Counted from the first letter of the stretch, positions 46,084-55,603 are shown. The stretch is 64,000 nt of DNA from an uncultured Candidatus Rokubacteria bacterium (GCA_963805625.1 CAWDVE010000019.1:608001-672000), one strand, 5' to 3'. Notes: generated by a model not told the origin, from the letters alone. Made by a program: numbers and translations.

Positions 46084-46902
46084 GTGGGCGCGCCGGAGCC
46101 GGCCGCGGCACAGCGTCCCGCCCGCCGCGGGCTGTGGGTGGCGCGCGTCCAGACGGCGGCCGCCTTCGTCCTCATCCTGATCGTCTGGCAGCTCGTCGGG
46201 CTCAAGGTCCCGCGCTACATCCTGCCCACGCCGCTCGCGACGGCGGGCGAGCTGTTCGTCCGCGCGCCCCTCCTCGGCCAGCACGCCCTGGTCACGCTCC
46301 GCGAGATCGCGCTCGGCTTCCTCCTGGCCGTGGCGGTCAGCGTGCCCTGCGGGCTCGCGGTGGCCTTCTCGCGCTCGGTCGAGCGGGTGGTGATGCCGGT
46401 GCTGGTCTTCACCCAGCTCGTTCCGAAGATCGCGCTCGCCCCGCTGTTCATCATCTGGTTCGGCTTCGGCCTGTTTCCGAAGGTGTTCATGACGTTCCTC
46501 CTGTCCTTCTTCCCGATCGTGATCGACTCGATCGCGGGGTTCCGCTCGCTCGATCGCGAGATCGAGCACCTCATCCGGTCCATGGGGCTCCGGGCGTGGC
46601 CGGCCTTCGTCAAGGTGCGGCTCCCGCACGCCTTGCCTCACGTCTTCACCGGGTTGAAGGTCGCCATCACCCTCGCCACGGTCGGGGCGATCATCGGGGA
46701 GTTCGTCGGCTCGGACCGCGGTCTCGGGTACCTCCTCCTGGTCGCGGGCGGGGATCTCCGGACCGAGCTCCTGTTCGCCACGCTCATCGTGCTGACGGCG
46801 ATTGGCCTGGTGCTCTACTACCTCGTGACGCTGCTCGAGCGCCTGGCGATCCCCTGGCACGTCTCGCGGCGGGGGCCGCTCGGCGCCGAGGGCGGGCTCT
46901 GA
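46084..46902 (+). CDS. NitT/TauT-family ABC permease
   Basis: ILPTP, VPKIALAPL, GAIIGEFVGSDRGLGY; start uncertain. Confidence 0.88.
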   Translation: MGAPEPAAAQRPARRGLWVARVQTAAAFVLILIVWQLVGLKVPRYILPTPLATAGELFVRAPLLGQHALVTLREIALGFLLAVAVSVPCGLAVAFSRSVERVVMPVLVFTQLVPKIALAPLFIIWFGFGLFPKVFMTFLLSFFPIVIDSIAGFRSLDREIEHLIRSMGLRAWPAFVKVRLPHALPHVFTGLKVAITLATVGAIIGEFVGSDRGLGYLLLVAGGDLRTELLFATLIVLTAIGLVLYYLVTLLERLAIPWHVSRRGPLGAEGGL

Positions 46903-46980
46903 CCGCCTTCCGAGGCTTTGAGCGGTGCAGTATGATCGTTGCGCGTCGCGGGCCATGAGGGCCCGGAGGGGGAGGCGGTC

Positions 46981-47337
46981 ATGATCACGAAAGCGAGCAG
47001 CGGATCGACGTACCTCGACCTGGCGAAGATCGACTGGCAGCCGAGCCGGTTCCCGGGGGTGTGGAACAAGGTCCTCTACGAGGAGCCGTCCGGCCGCCAG
47101 ACGATCCTGACGCGCTTCGAGCCCGGTGCGAAGCTGCCGCGCCACCGACACGTCGGGCTCGAGCAGACCTTCATCCTCGAGGGCTCGCTGGTCGATGACG
47201 ATGGCGAGTGCACGGCGGGCAACTTCGTCTGGCGGCGGGCCGGCTCGGTTCACCGGGCGTGGTCGCCGAACGGCTGCATCGGCATCGGGATCTTCGAGCG
47301 TCCCAACGAGTTCCTGGAGGAGCCGGGACCGGCCTAG
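46981..47337 (+). CDS. ChrR-like cupin protein
   Basis: GGAGG RBS; LPRHRHVGLEQTFILEGSL...GSVH. Confidence 0.85.
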   Translation: MITKASSGSTYLDLAKIDWQPSRFPGVWNKVLYEEPSGRQTILTRFEPGAKLPRHRHVGLEQTFILEGSLVDDDGECTAGNFVWRRAGSVHRAWSPNGCIGIGIFERPNEFLEEPGPA

Positions 47338-47362
47338 GGGCCGCGCCGGCAGGGGAGGGGAT

Positions 47363-48358
47363 ATGCGACGGAGCTGGCGTCTTCTGGTCGCGGGAGCGGG
47401 GCTCGTACTGGCGGCGGTCGCGGCGTGGTCGGCGGCGACGCCGGGCGCCGGCGCCCAGGACAAGGTCACGTTCCGGATGAACTGGGCCTGGGGCGGTATC
47501 CACGCGCCGTTCGCGCTCGCCAAGGAGCGCGGCTATTTCGAGAAGGCCGGTGTGAACGTCGAGATCCTCGAGGGCCGGGGCTCGGCGGTCACGGTCCAGC
47601 TCGTCGGCACCAAGTCCGACACCTTCGGCTGGGCGGACGGCGTCAGCCTCACCCAGAACGCCGTGAAGGGCGTGCCGGTGAAGGCGGTGGCGACGATCCT
47701 CAACATCCTCCCGTACGCCGTGGTGTCCCTCGAGGAGACCAACATCCGGACGGTCAAGGATCTCGAGGGAAAGACGCTGGCGATCACTCCCGGCGACGGG
47801 CTCACCCAGACGTGGCCGGCCGTCGTCGCCGCCAACAAGCTGAACGCGGACTCCATCAAGCTCATTCACATGGACCCCAAGGCGAAGATCCCCGCGGTGA
47901 CGGAGAAGCAGGCGCACGCGCTCCTCGGCGGCGCGGATGACCAGGCCGTCACCATGGAGGTCAAGGGCTTCAAGACGCGGGTCCTCAAGTTCAGCGACCT
48001 CGGCGTGCCCTCGGTCGGCTTCACGGTGTTCGCCCACCAGGACACGATCAAGGAGCGGCCAGACCTGGTCCGCAAGGTGGTGGCGGCCACCCTCAAGGGG
48101 TTCGAGGACGCGATGAAGGATCCCGACGCCGCGGTGGCGGCCCTGCTGAAGCTCGCGCCGCTGGCGGACCGGGAGACCATCCGCCGGCAGCTCGCCGTCG
48201 ACCTGGGCCTGCTCTTCAGCGCGGCGAACAAGCAGAAGCGCCTCGGCTTCGGACCGCCGGAGGACTGGGAGGCGACGCTCGAGGTGCTCAAGAAGTACCG
48301 GGGCGTCGAGACCAGCCTCCCGGCGACCGCCTTCTACACGAACGAGTTCCTGCCCTGA
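47363..48358 (+). CDS. NMT1/THI5-like ABC substrate-binding protein
   Basis: Signal peptide, FRMNW, AKERGYF, DLEGKT, YTNEFLP. Confidence 0.9.
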   Translation: MRRSWRLLVAGAGLVLAAVAAWSAATPGAGAQDKVTFRMNWAWGGIHAPFALAKERGYFEKAGVNVEILEGRGSAVTVQLVGTKSDTFGWADGVSLTQNAVKGVPVKAVATILNILPYAVVSLEETNIRTVKDLEGKTLAITPGDGLTQTWPAVVAANKLNADSIKLIHMDPKAKIPAVTEKQAHALLGGADDQAVTMEVKGFKTRVLKFSDLGVPSVGFTVFAHQDTIKERPDLVRKVVAATLKGFEDAMKDPDAAVAALLKLAPLADRETIRRQLAVDLGLLFSAANKQKRLGFGPPEDWEATLEVLKKYRGVETSLPATAFYTNEFLP

Positions 48359-48636
48359 CGGCGGGGGACACCGGAGGGCCTTCGGGGGGGCGGGCCGCCA
48401 GCTACGGCTGGCTCGTTCCCCGAGTCGTCCTCCCGCTGTTCGACCGGGCGCGCGGTCGCCGGGTGGGCGCGCGCCTCCGGCAGCTCCGCGCGGACCGGTG
48501 GTGCTCCTCCGGGCAGCTGGAGGACGCCGCGGTCGCGCGTCTTCGCCGGCTCCTCGGGGATGCTGCGGCCCATGTCCCGTTCTATCGACGGCTCCTGGGA
48601 GACGCAGGAATCCGGGCAGGACGGGCCGACGGGTGA
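48355..48636 (+). pseudogene. CapK/PaaK-type ligase N-terminal stub (not in ORF track)
   Basis: Frame reads SYGWLVPRVVLPLFDRARGRRVGARLRQLRADRWCSSGQLEDAAVARLRRLLGDAAAHVPFYRRLLGDAGI, stop at 48634-48636. Confidence 0.7.
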
Positions 48637-50264
48637 TCGCGCGAGAGGACGTCACCGCGGGGCTGCGACTGGTCTCGGAGCTGCCGGCGTTTCTGCGGCG
48701 CCGCGTGACGCCGGACCAGGCGCGGGGGGTCTTGCGCCAACGGCTGGCGACGCGGGGTGCCGACTTCCTGAGCCTGATCCGGCGAACCGTCTTCGCGCGG
48801 CCCGACGGCCCGTATCGGACGCTCCTGCGGGCCGCCGGCTGCGACTACGAGGATCTGGTACTCCTCGTCCAGCGCGAGGGGCTCGAGGGGGCGCTCGGCG
48901 AGCTGCGCCGGCAGGGAGTCTACCTCACCATCGAGGAGTTCAAGGGACGCTGCCCGGTCGTCCGCGGATCAACCCGGGTCCAGGTGGAGCCGGCCCAGCT
49001 GCGAAACCCGCTCTCGACGGTGCACGTCATCAGCGAGAGCGGCGGCAGCCGCGGCCCGCGCACCACCGTGGGGATGGACCTGGCGCTCGTCCGGGACCAC
49101 GCGGTCGACGCCGCGGTCTTCCTGGATGTGCGGGGCGGGCTCGGGTGGCGACAGGCGCTGTGGGGCGTGCCGGGCGGGTTCGCGATGCGAGTGGTGTTGC
49201 GCCTCGCGGCGGCGGGTGCGCCGCCGGTTCGATGGTTCTCCCAGGTCGACCCGAGCTCTCCAGGCCTGCACCCTCGCTACCGCTGGAGCGCGCGGGCGCT
49301 TCGCCTGGGCGGCCTGATCGCCGGCGTACCCCTTCCGTCGCCCCGGTTTGCGTCCCTCGAGCAGCCCCTGGAGGTCGCTCGCTGGATGTCGGAGACGCTC
49401 GACCACGGTGAGGTGCCGCATCTCTACACCTTTCCCACCTCCGCCGTGCGCCTCGCCGAGGCGTCGGCCGCGGCCGGTCTCTCGCTCCGCGGGGCGCAGT
49501 TCTGGCTCACGGGCGAGCCCATCACGGCGAGGCGGCTTGGCGTGATCGGCGAGGTGGGGGCGGACGTGGTCGGGCACTACGGAAGCAGCGAGTGCGGCGG
49601 ACCCGTCGCCTACGGGTGTCTTCACCCGCAGCGCCGGACCGACCTCCACCTGCTCACGGATCTGCATGCCCTCGTCCAGGCCGGGTCGTCCGACGACGAG
49701 AGCCGGGAGCTGCCGCCGCGGGCGCTCCTTTACACGTCACTCCGGGACACGGCGCCGTTCGTGCTGCTCAACGTGACGATCGGCGACGAGGCCGTGATGG
49801 AGCCGGCGACCTGCGGGTGCCCACTGGCCGAGCTGGGATGGGGCACGACGCTCCGACAGCTCCGGAGCTACGCGAAGCTCACGGCGGGCGGCATGAACGT
49901 GCTCGACGCAGACATGCTGGACGTCCTGGACGACGTCCTGCCGAGACGCTTCGGCGGCGGGCCGACCGACTATCAGGTGGTCGAGGACGAAGACGACCAG
50001 GGTCGCCCTCTCGTCCAGGTCCTGGTGCACCCGCGCCTCGGGGCCCTCGACACGCGCGCCGTCGCGGAGGCGCTGCTGGGAGCCATCGGAAGCGGCCACG
50101 GGGTCGAGCGGGTGACCGAGCTGGCCTGGCGGGATGCCGGCCTCGTACGAGTGGAGCGGCGGGAGCCCGCCGCGACCGCTTCCGGCAAGATCCGTCACTT
50201 TCACCTCGGCCGGGCGCGTGGCGAGACTCGGACGACCCGGTCCGCGGGCCGGGCGTCGTCGTGA
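48633..50264 (+). CDS. Divergent PaaK/CapK-like adenylate-forming protein, paralog 2
   Basis: ESGGSRG, LTGE, YGSSECG, NVTIGD, DYQVVE, SGK; clearly homologous to 12831-14537. Confidence 0.72.
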   Translation: MIAREDVTAGLRLVSELPAFLRRRVTPDQARGVLRQRLATRGADFLSLIRRTVFARPDGPYRTLLRAAGCDYEDLVLLVQREGLEGALGELRRQGVYLTIEEFKGRCPVVRGSTRVQVEPAQLRNPLSTVHVISESGGSRGPRTTVGMDLALVRDHAVDAAVFLDVRGGLGWRQALWGVPGGFAMRVVLRLAAAGAPPVRWFSQVDPSSPGLHPRYRWSARALRLGGLIAGVPLPSPRFASLEQPLEVARWMSETLDHGEVPHLYTFPTSAVRLAEASAAAGLSLRGAQFWLTGEPITARRLGVIGEVGADVVGHYGSSECGGPVAYGCLHPQRRTDLHLLTDLHALVQAGSSDDESRELPPRALLYTSLRDTAPFVLLNVTIGDEAVMEPATCGCPLAELGWGTTLRQLRSYAKLTAGGMNVLDADMLDVLDDVLPRRFGGGPTDYQVVEDEDDQGRPLVQVLVHPRLGALDTRAVAEALLGAIGSGHGVERVTELAWRDAGLVRVERREPAATASGKIRHFHLGRARGETRTTRSAGRASS

Positions 50265-50277
50265 TCCGCCCCGGATC

Positions 50278-51051
50278 ATGTCGCCGCTGATCGAGCTCAC
50301 CGGGGTCTCCAAGACCTACGCGGCGACCGACGGGCTCGTCCACGCGCTCGAGGGCGTCTCCCTGGACGTGCCCACCGGGGAGTTCCTGTCCGTCCTGGGG
50401 CCGTCCGGCTGCGGCAAGAGCACGCTCTTGCTCATGATCGCCGGGCTGCTCGCCCCCTCGGTGGGCGAGATCCGCGTGGCGGGCCGCCCGGTCACGCGCC
50501 CCCAGACCGACGTCGGCATCGTGTTCCAGAACCCCGTGCTCCTCGACTGGCGGACGGTCGTTCGGAACGTGCTGCTCCAGGTCGAGGCCCGCGCGCTCGA
50601 CCTCGCCGAACACCGCGCGAAGGCCCGGGACCTCCTCCGGGCGGTGGGGCTCGAGGGGTTCGAGGACAAGTACCCGTTCGAGCTGTCCGGCGGCATGCGC
50701 CAGCGCACGGCGATCTGCCGCGCCCTGATCCACGACCCACCGCTGCTCCTGATGGACGAGCCGTTCGGTGCGCTTGACGCGCTCACGCGCGAGCAGATGC
50801 GGCTCGACATCGAGCGGCTCTGGCTCGAGCGCCGGAAGACCGTCGTGTTCATCACGCACTCGATCCCGGAGGCGGTCCTCCTCTCCGATCGGGTCGTGGT
50901 CATGTCGCCCCGGCCCGGGCGGATCGACGGCATCCTCGACATCGATCTGCCGCGCCCGCGGCGCCTGGAGGTCCAGGAGTCGCCCCGCTTCGCCGAGTAC
51001 CTGAAGGCGATCACGGATCTCTTCCGCGCGCGCGGCGTCCTGCGCTACTGA
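50278..51051 (+). CDS. NitT/TauT-family ABC ATP-binding protein
   Basis: GPSGCGKST, LSGGMRQR, MDEPFGALDA. Confidence 0.93.
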   Translation: MSPLIELTGVSKTYAATDGLVHALEGVSLDVPTGEFLSVLGPSGCGKSTLLLMIAGLLAPSVGEIRVAGRPVTRPQTDVGIVFQNPVLLDWRTVVRNVLLQVEARALDLAEHRAKARDLLRAVGLEGFEDKYPFELSGGMRQRTAICRALIHDPPLLLMDEPFGALDALTREQMRLDIERLWLERRKTVVFITHSIPEAVLLSDRVVVMSPRPGRIDGILDIDLPRPRRLEVQESPRFAEYLKAITDLFRARGVLRY

Positions 51052-51063
51052 GCCGGAGGCCCC

Positions 51064-52053
51064 ATGACTCGACTCAAGTTCGGGATCTGCCCCACCGAGG
51101 GCGGCCACTTCTTCGGGGAGGCGCTGGCCGAGGTGGAGCGCGCGGAGGCCCTCGGCCTCGACTCGGTCTGGCTCGCCGAGCATCACGGTGTCCGCGACCA
51201 CTACTGGCCCGCCCCGGTCCAGATGCTGACCGCGCTCGCCGCGCGGACGTCGCGCCTCCTGCTGGGCGCCAACGTGTGCGTCTTTCCCTTCTACCACCCG
51301 GTGCGGCTCGCGGAGGAGACGGCGCTTCTCGACGTCGTCTCGAACGGCCGCGCCGTGCTGGGCGTCGCCATCGGCTACAAGCCCGACGAATTCCTCCTCT
51401 ACGACGCGGCCCTCGAGAAGCGGGGAGCGCGCCTCGAGGAGGGCCTCGCCCTGATGAAGGCCCTCTGGACGCGGGACGGCGTGACGCACCGGGGCGAGCA
51501 CTTCACGGTGGTCGACGGGCGGATCGAGCCCAAGCCCGTCCAGCGGCCGCACCCGCCGGTGTGGGTCGGCGGCTGGGGAGACGTCACGCTCCGGCGCGCG
51601 GCGCTGCTCGCGGACGCCTGGCTGCCGGGTCCCACCGCGGATCTACCGCGCCTGCTCCGGAGCCAGGCCAAGATCCGCGAGCACCGGCGGGTCGCCGGGC
51701 TTCCCGAGCCGGCCGAGTGGCCGGTGACGCGCGAGCTCTGCATCGCCGAGACCGAGCGGGAGGCGCGCGAGCTGGCGGACCGGCACCTCATGCTCGCCTA
51801 CGGCAAGGAGTACGGCGGGACGTGGAAGCACCCGTTCATCGACGCGGCGACCGCGGCCGACCTCGACCGCCTCGCGGTGGACCGCTTCCTGATCGGGACG
51901 CCCGACCGGATCGTGCAGGGGCTCGAGCCCTACGTCCGCCAGTACGGCATGACCCACGTCATCTTCCGGCTCTTCACGCCGGGCATGCCGCATCGCCGGA
52001 TCCTGCGCCAGATCGAGCTCCTGGCGAGGGAGGTCCTGCCCGCGTTTCGCTAG
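51064..52053 (+). CDS. LLM-class flavin-dependent oxidoreductase
   Basis: WLAEHH, HPVRLAEE, PKPVQRPHPP. Confidence 0.9.
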   Translation: MTRLKFGICPTEGGHFFGEALAEVERAEALGLDSVWLAEHHGVRDHYWPAPVQMLTALAARTSRLLLGANVCVFPFYHPVRLAEETALLDVVSNGRAVLGVAIGYKPDEFLLYDAALEKRGARLEEGLALMKALWTRDGVTHRGEHFTVVDGRIEPKPVQRPHPPVWVGGWGDVTLRRAALLADAWLPGPTADLPRLLRSQAKIREHRRVAGLPEPAEWPVTRELCIAETEREARELADRHLMLAYGKEYGGTWKHPFIDAATAADLDRLAVDRFLIGTPDRIVQGLEPYVRQYGMTHVIFRLFTPGMPHRRILRQIELLAREVLPAFR

Positions 52054-52220
52054 CCGGGCTCGGGCGCAGCAGGGATCGCCGACGTCACGGCAGGAGTCTA
52101 CCGTCGCACACCCGCCATGGAGAGGCCGGCGATCACGTCTTCATCCCGATGGGGATCGATGAACGACCAGAAGAACTCGTTGAGGGCTCCGCGCCGCGCG
52201 TGGATCCGTGACGGCGGGCC

Positions 52221-52808
52221 TCACGCCCCGTCGATGGGACGCCAGGCGTGCCGCACCTGCCACGAGTCGCGGGAGAAGCGAAAGAAGTTCCCCCCTTCGG
52301 CCCCGGGTTGCTCGCGCCGGCGGCTGATGGGCTCTCCGAGAAGGTGGCAGAGGAGCAACGTCCCGACGGCGCCGTGCGCGACGATCGCGACCGGCGAGGG
52401 AGCGCCTGGCCCGCTCAGGACCTCGGCGACGGCCCGGACGATCCTCGCCTGCGCGTCGCGGGCGCGCTCCCAGCCGCGCACGGATTCGTCCGGGGTCGCG
52501 AAGAAGCGATCTGCCGTCGCTTCGAACTCCGTCTGCGGCAGGTACCCGGTCGACGAGCGGTCGTTTTCTCCGAGCCCCTCGAACGCCCGGGGCCTGACGC
52601 CGGAGGCCGCCGCGAGGAACGCCGCGCTCTCGATCGCTTTGCGCTCCGTGCTGGAGACCACGGCGCGGAGCGTGGCGGCGAGCGGCGTGTTCGCGAACGC
52701 CTTCATACGTTCACGGCCCCGCTCCGAAAGCGACCAATCTGGCACGGGCACGCGCGGGTCGATCGCGACGTTCGGGTGCGTGATGAAGAAGACGTCGGCT
52801 TCGGTCAT
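52221..52808 (-). CDS. Histidine phosphatase (phosphoglycerate mutase-like) family protein
   Basis: FITHP, SSTERKAIE, LGENDRS, VAHG. Confidence 0.82.
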   Translation of the reverse strand: MTEADVFFITHPNVAIDPRVPVPDWSLSERGRERMKAFANTPLAATLRAVVSSTERKAIESAAFLAAASGVRPRAFEGLGENDRSSTGYLPQTEFEATADRFFATPDESVRGWERARDAQARIVRAVAEVLSGPGAPSPVAIVAHGAVGTLLLCHLLGEPISRRREQPGAEGGNFFRFSRDSWQVRHAWRPIDGA

Positions 52809-52913
52809 CGATCCGCCGAGGTCATGACGCGCTTCGCATCATTCGCTGCGAGAACATTCGTCACTGACGGCGAAAGAAAGAACTGAGCGACAATAAGGAG
52901 GGGAGGAGCACCC

Positions 52914-53363
52914 ATGTACGGCTTGATCCTCGCGCTGCTCGCGTTCGTGCTCATCGCGCCGGCTCACGCCCAGGTGCACGTGGACATCGGCATCTATCTA
53001 CCCGCGCCACCCCAGCTGGTGATCGTGCCCCAGGTCCCGACCGTGAGGTACGTGCCGGCTCTGGCCGCGCCCGGCAACCTCTTCTTCTACGGCGGACAAT
53101 ACTGGGCCTTCGCGAGCGGCGGCTGGTACGTCAGCGCGGGGTACAACGGACCGTGGCTGGTCGTCGGGCCGCAGTTCGTGCCTCGACCCATCCTGCTGGT
53201 GCCGGTGCAGTACTACCACGTCCCGCCCGGGCACTGGAAGCAATGGGAGCGCAGGTACCCGCCGCACTGGCAGGAGGACTGGGGCCGGGAGTGGGCCGAC
53301 AAGCGGGGCTGGCACGACGATCGGGGGAAGGGGCGCGGCAAAGGACACGGGAAGGGTCGGTAA
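52914..53363 (+). CDS. Secreted Pro/Trp/Tyr-rich hypothetical protein
   Basis: GGAGGAG RBS, signal peptide, APPQLVIVP, FFYGGQYW, PPGHWK, GKGRGKGHG tail. Confidence 0.8.
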   Translation: MYGLILALLAFVLIAPAHAQVHVDIGIYLPAPPQLVIVPQVPTVRYVPALAAPGNLFFYGGQYWAFASGGWYVSAGYNGPWLVVGPQFVPRPILLVPVQYYHVPPGHWKQWERRYPPHWQEDWGREWADKRGWHDDRGKGRGKGHGKGR

Positions 53364-53468
53364 CACCGCGCGGCATCACCTGGCGCCCCGCTACTCCCTA
53401 GTCCATGCTGCTGCGGGCGGATCGACTCATTCCGTGAGGGCACATGGAGCCGTACGCGCTCGGAAGGG

Positions 53469-54386
53469 TCACACCAGCTTGCGGCACTCCTCCATCAGCC
53501 CGAGCCAGCGGTCGAGCTTCTGCGCACCCGGCATGAAGGTCGGATCGAAATGCAGCTCGTGGGCACCGATTCGCTTGCACCCCTCGACGTCCTCCTTGAC
53601 CTGCTCGAGCGTCCCGGTGAAGATCATTCCGTCCTTCGGCCGGGGCTTGCGACCGATCTCCACGTTGGCGCGCACGACCAGGTGGAGCTTCGACGGGTCG
53701 CGGCCCGCCTCCTTCGCCATCTGCTTCAACCCCGCGAACATGTTCTGCATCCCGTCCACGGGGATCGCCACGGGGTTCCAGCCGTCGGCCAGCCGCGCGA
53801 TACGTCCCAGCGCCGCCGGGACGAACGCCGCCATGTAGATTGGCGGGTGAGGCTTCTGCACGGGCTTCACTTCGATCACCGATCTGGGCACTGTGTAGAA
53901 CTTGCCCTTGAACTCGGCGGGGTCCGTGGTCCAGATGGCCTTCATCACGGCCAGAAACTCCTCGGCCCTCGCGCCACGCTGCGTCATCGGCACACCCAGG
54001 GCGTCGTGCTCATCCTTCGACCAGCCCAGACCCAGCCCTAGGCGCACGCGCCCGCTGGACAGCACGTCCAGCGTGGTCACGCGGCGGGCCAGCATCACCG
54101 GACTGTAGTAGGGAATGTCGAGCACGCTCGTTCCCAGCGCGATCTTCTTCGTGTGCCCGGCCACGAACGTGAGCGCGTCCAGCGGATCCAGAACGCGCTT
54201 GTACTCCTCCGGCAGCGAGCCGTCCGGCGTCGCTCCATACCGGGTCTGCGGCGCCAGAGGCCACAGTAGCCGTTCCACGGTCCAAAGGCTGTCGTAGGCG
54301 AGCGCCTCCGCGTGCTGTGCGATCTTCACCAGGTTTTCGGCAGTGCCGATGGAACCGATGTTACCGAGCGCGAATCCGACTCGCAT
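53469..54386 (-). CDS. LLM-class (putative F420-dependent) oxidoreductase
   Basis: SLWTVERLL, LDPLDAL, GLGWSKDE, KPVQKPHPP. Confidence 0.9.
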   Translation of the reverse strand: MRVGFALGNIGSIGTAENLVKIAQHAEALAYDSLWTVERLLWPLAPQTRYGATPDGSLPEEYKRVLDPLDALTFVAGHTKKIALGTSVLDIPYYSPVMLARRVTTLDVLSSGRVRLGLGLGWSKDEHDALGVPMTQRGARAEEFLAVMKAIWTTDPAEFKGKFYTVPRSVIEVKPVQKPHPPIYMAAFVPAALGRIARLADGWNPVAIPVDGMQNMFAGLKQMAKEAGRDPSKLHLVVRANVEIGRKPRPKDGMIFTGTLEQVKEDVEGCKRIGAHELHFDPTFMPGAQKLDRWLGLMEECRKLV

Positions 54387-54497
54387 CGTTGGCTCCCTCC
54401 GTGCGGGACGTGGATGGCACCCGCTGGCCGCCCACCCGCACTGCCTTTACAATAGCGCTATCTTCTTCCGCCAACACGAACTGCGAAGGAGTATCCC

Positions 54498-54600
54498 ATG
54501 ACCAGCGTCTCCCCGCTCGGTTACATCGGCATCGGCACCAGCGACGACACGGCCTGGAAGGACCTCGCCACTGATATCCTCGGCATGCAGGGCCCCCGAG
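54498..54600 (+). pseudogene. Extradiol ring-cleavage dioxygenase (BphC/HsaC-like) N-terminal stub
   Basis: AAGGAG RBS; MTSVSPLGYIGIGTSDDTAWKDLATDILGMQ; similarity ends after about 31 aa. Confidence 0.7.
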
Positions 54601-54715
54601 GGGAAGTAGAGGGTCCCAATCGTCATTCCGGTCGAGCGCGTGATGGAAGCCGCGGCCAAACTGTCCACGCAGCTCGGGTACCGGGAATCGCCCGCATGAG
54701 ATGAAAGGAGCCACG

Positions 54716-55603
54716 ATGGACGAGCGCATTCACGGGATCGTCCCCCCGATGATCACGCCGTTCCGGGCCGACGACAGCATCGACGAGGAGGCGCTCCGGG
54801 CGGAGACCCGTTACTTGATCGAGACCGCACGGGTCCACGGCGTGGCCGTCACCGGGAGCACCGGCGAGGGTCATGCCATGACGACCACCGAGGTCCGGCG
54901 CGTCACCGAGGTCGTGGTCGCGGAGGCGCGGGGGCGGGTGCCGGTGATCACCGGGATCATCACGGACAGCACGTCCTCGGCCATCGAGCGCGGGAAGGCC
55001 GTCCGTGACCTGGGCGTGGCGGCCCTGCAGGTCACCCCGGTCCACTACCTCTTCCGGCCGGACGACGACGCCATGGTCCGGCACTTCGAGGCGCTGGCCC
55101 GGGGGACCGGTCTGCCCATCATCATCTACAACGTGGTCCCGTGGACCTACCTCTCCCCGCAGCTGCTGGCGCGGATCCTGACGTCGGTCGACGGCGTGAT
55201 CGGCGTGAAGCAGAGCGCGGGGGACATGAAGCTGCTGGCCGACCTGCTCCTCCTCGTCGGGAACCGGGCCCGGATCATGACGGCCGTGGACGCGCTTCTC
55301 TATCCGTCGTTTACGCTCGGCGCCCACGGCGCGATCGCGGCGATCCTGACCGCGGTGCCCCGGCTCTGCGTCCAGCTGTGGGACGCCGTGCAGGCCGGGG
55401 ACCACAAGCAGGCGCTCGCGCTCCACGAGAAGCTCCTGCCGGTGTGGAACGCGATCGCCCAGGACAACCTTCCCGCGAACGTGAAGTACTGCCTCGCGCT
55501 CCAGGGCCGGCCGGGGGGCGTGCCGCGCGCCCCGATGCCGGAGACGTCGAAGACCCAGGCGGGCCCGATCCGGCAGGCCCTCACTCACGCCGGCGCGCTC
55601 TAG
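54716..55603 (+). CDS. DHDPS/NAL-family aldolase or hydratase
   Basis: GSTGEG, IYNVVP, GVKQS; AAAGGAG RBS. Confidence 0.9.
   Translation: MDERIHGIVPPMITPFRADDSIDEEALRAETRYLIETARVHGVAVTGSTGEGHAMTTTEVRRVTEVVVAEARGRVPVITGIITDSTSSAIERGKAVRDLGVAALQVTPVHYLFRPDDDAMVRHFEALARGTGLPIIIYNVVPWTYLSPQLLARILTSVDGVIGVKQSAGDMKLLADLLLLVGNRARIMTAVDALLYPSFTLGAHGAIAAILTAVPRLCVQLWDAVQAGDHKQALALHEKLLPVWNAIAQDNLPANVKYCLALQGRPGGVPRAPMPETSKTQAGPIRQALTHAGAL

Noticed and set aside
52221-52223. Selenocysteine readthrough of the phosphatase TGA
   Set aside because: The domain appears complete, there is no Cys-equivalent position, and no evident SECIS.
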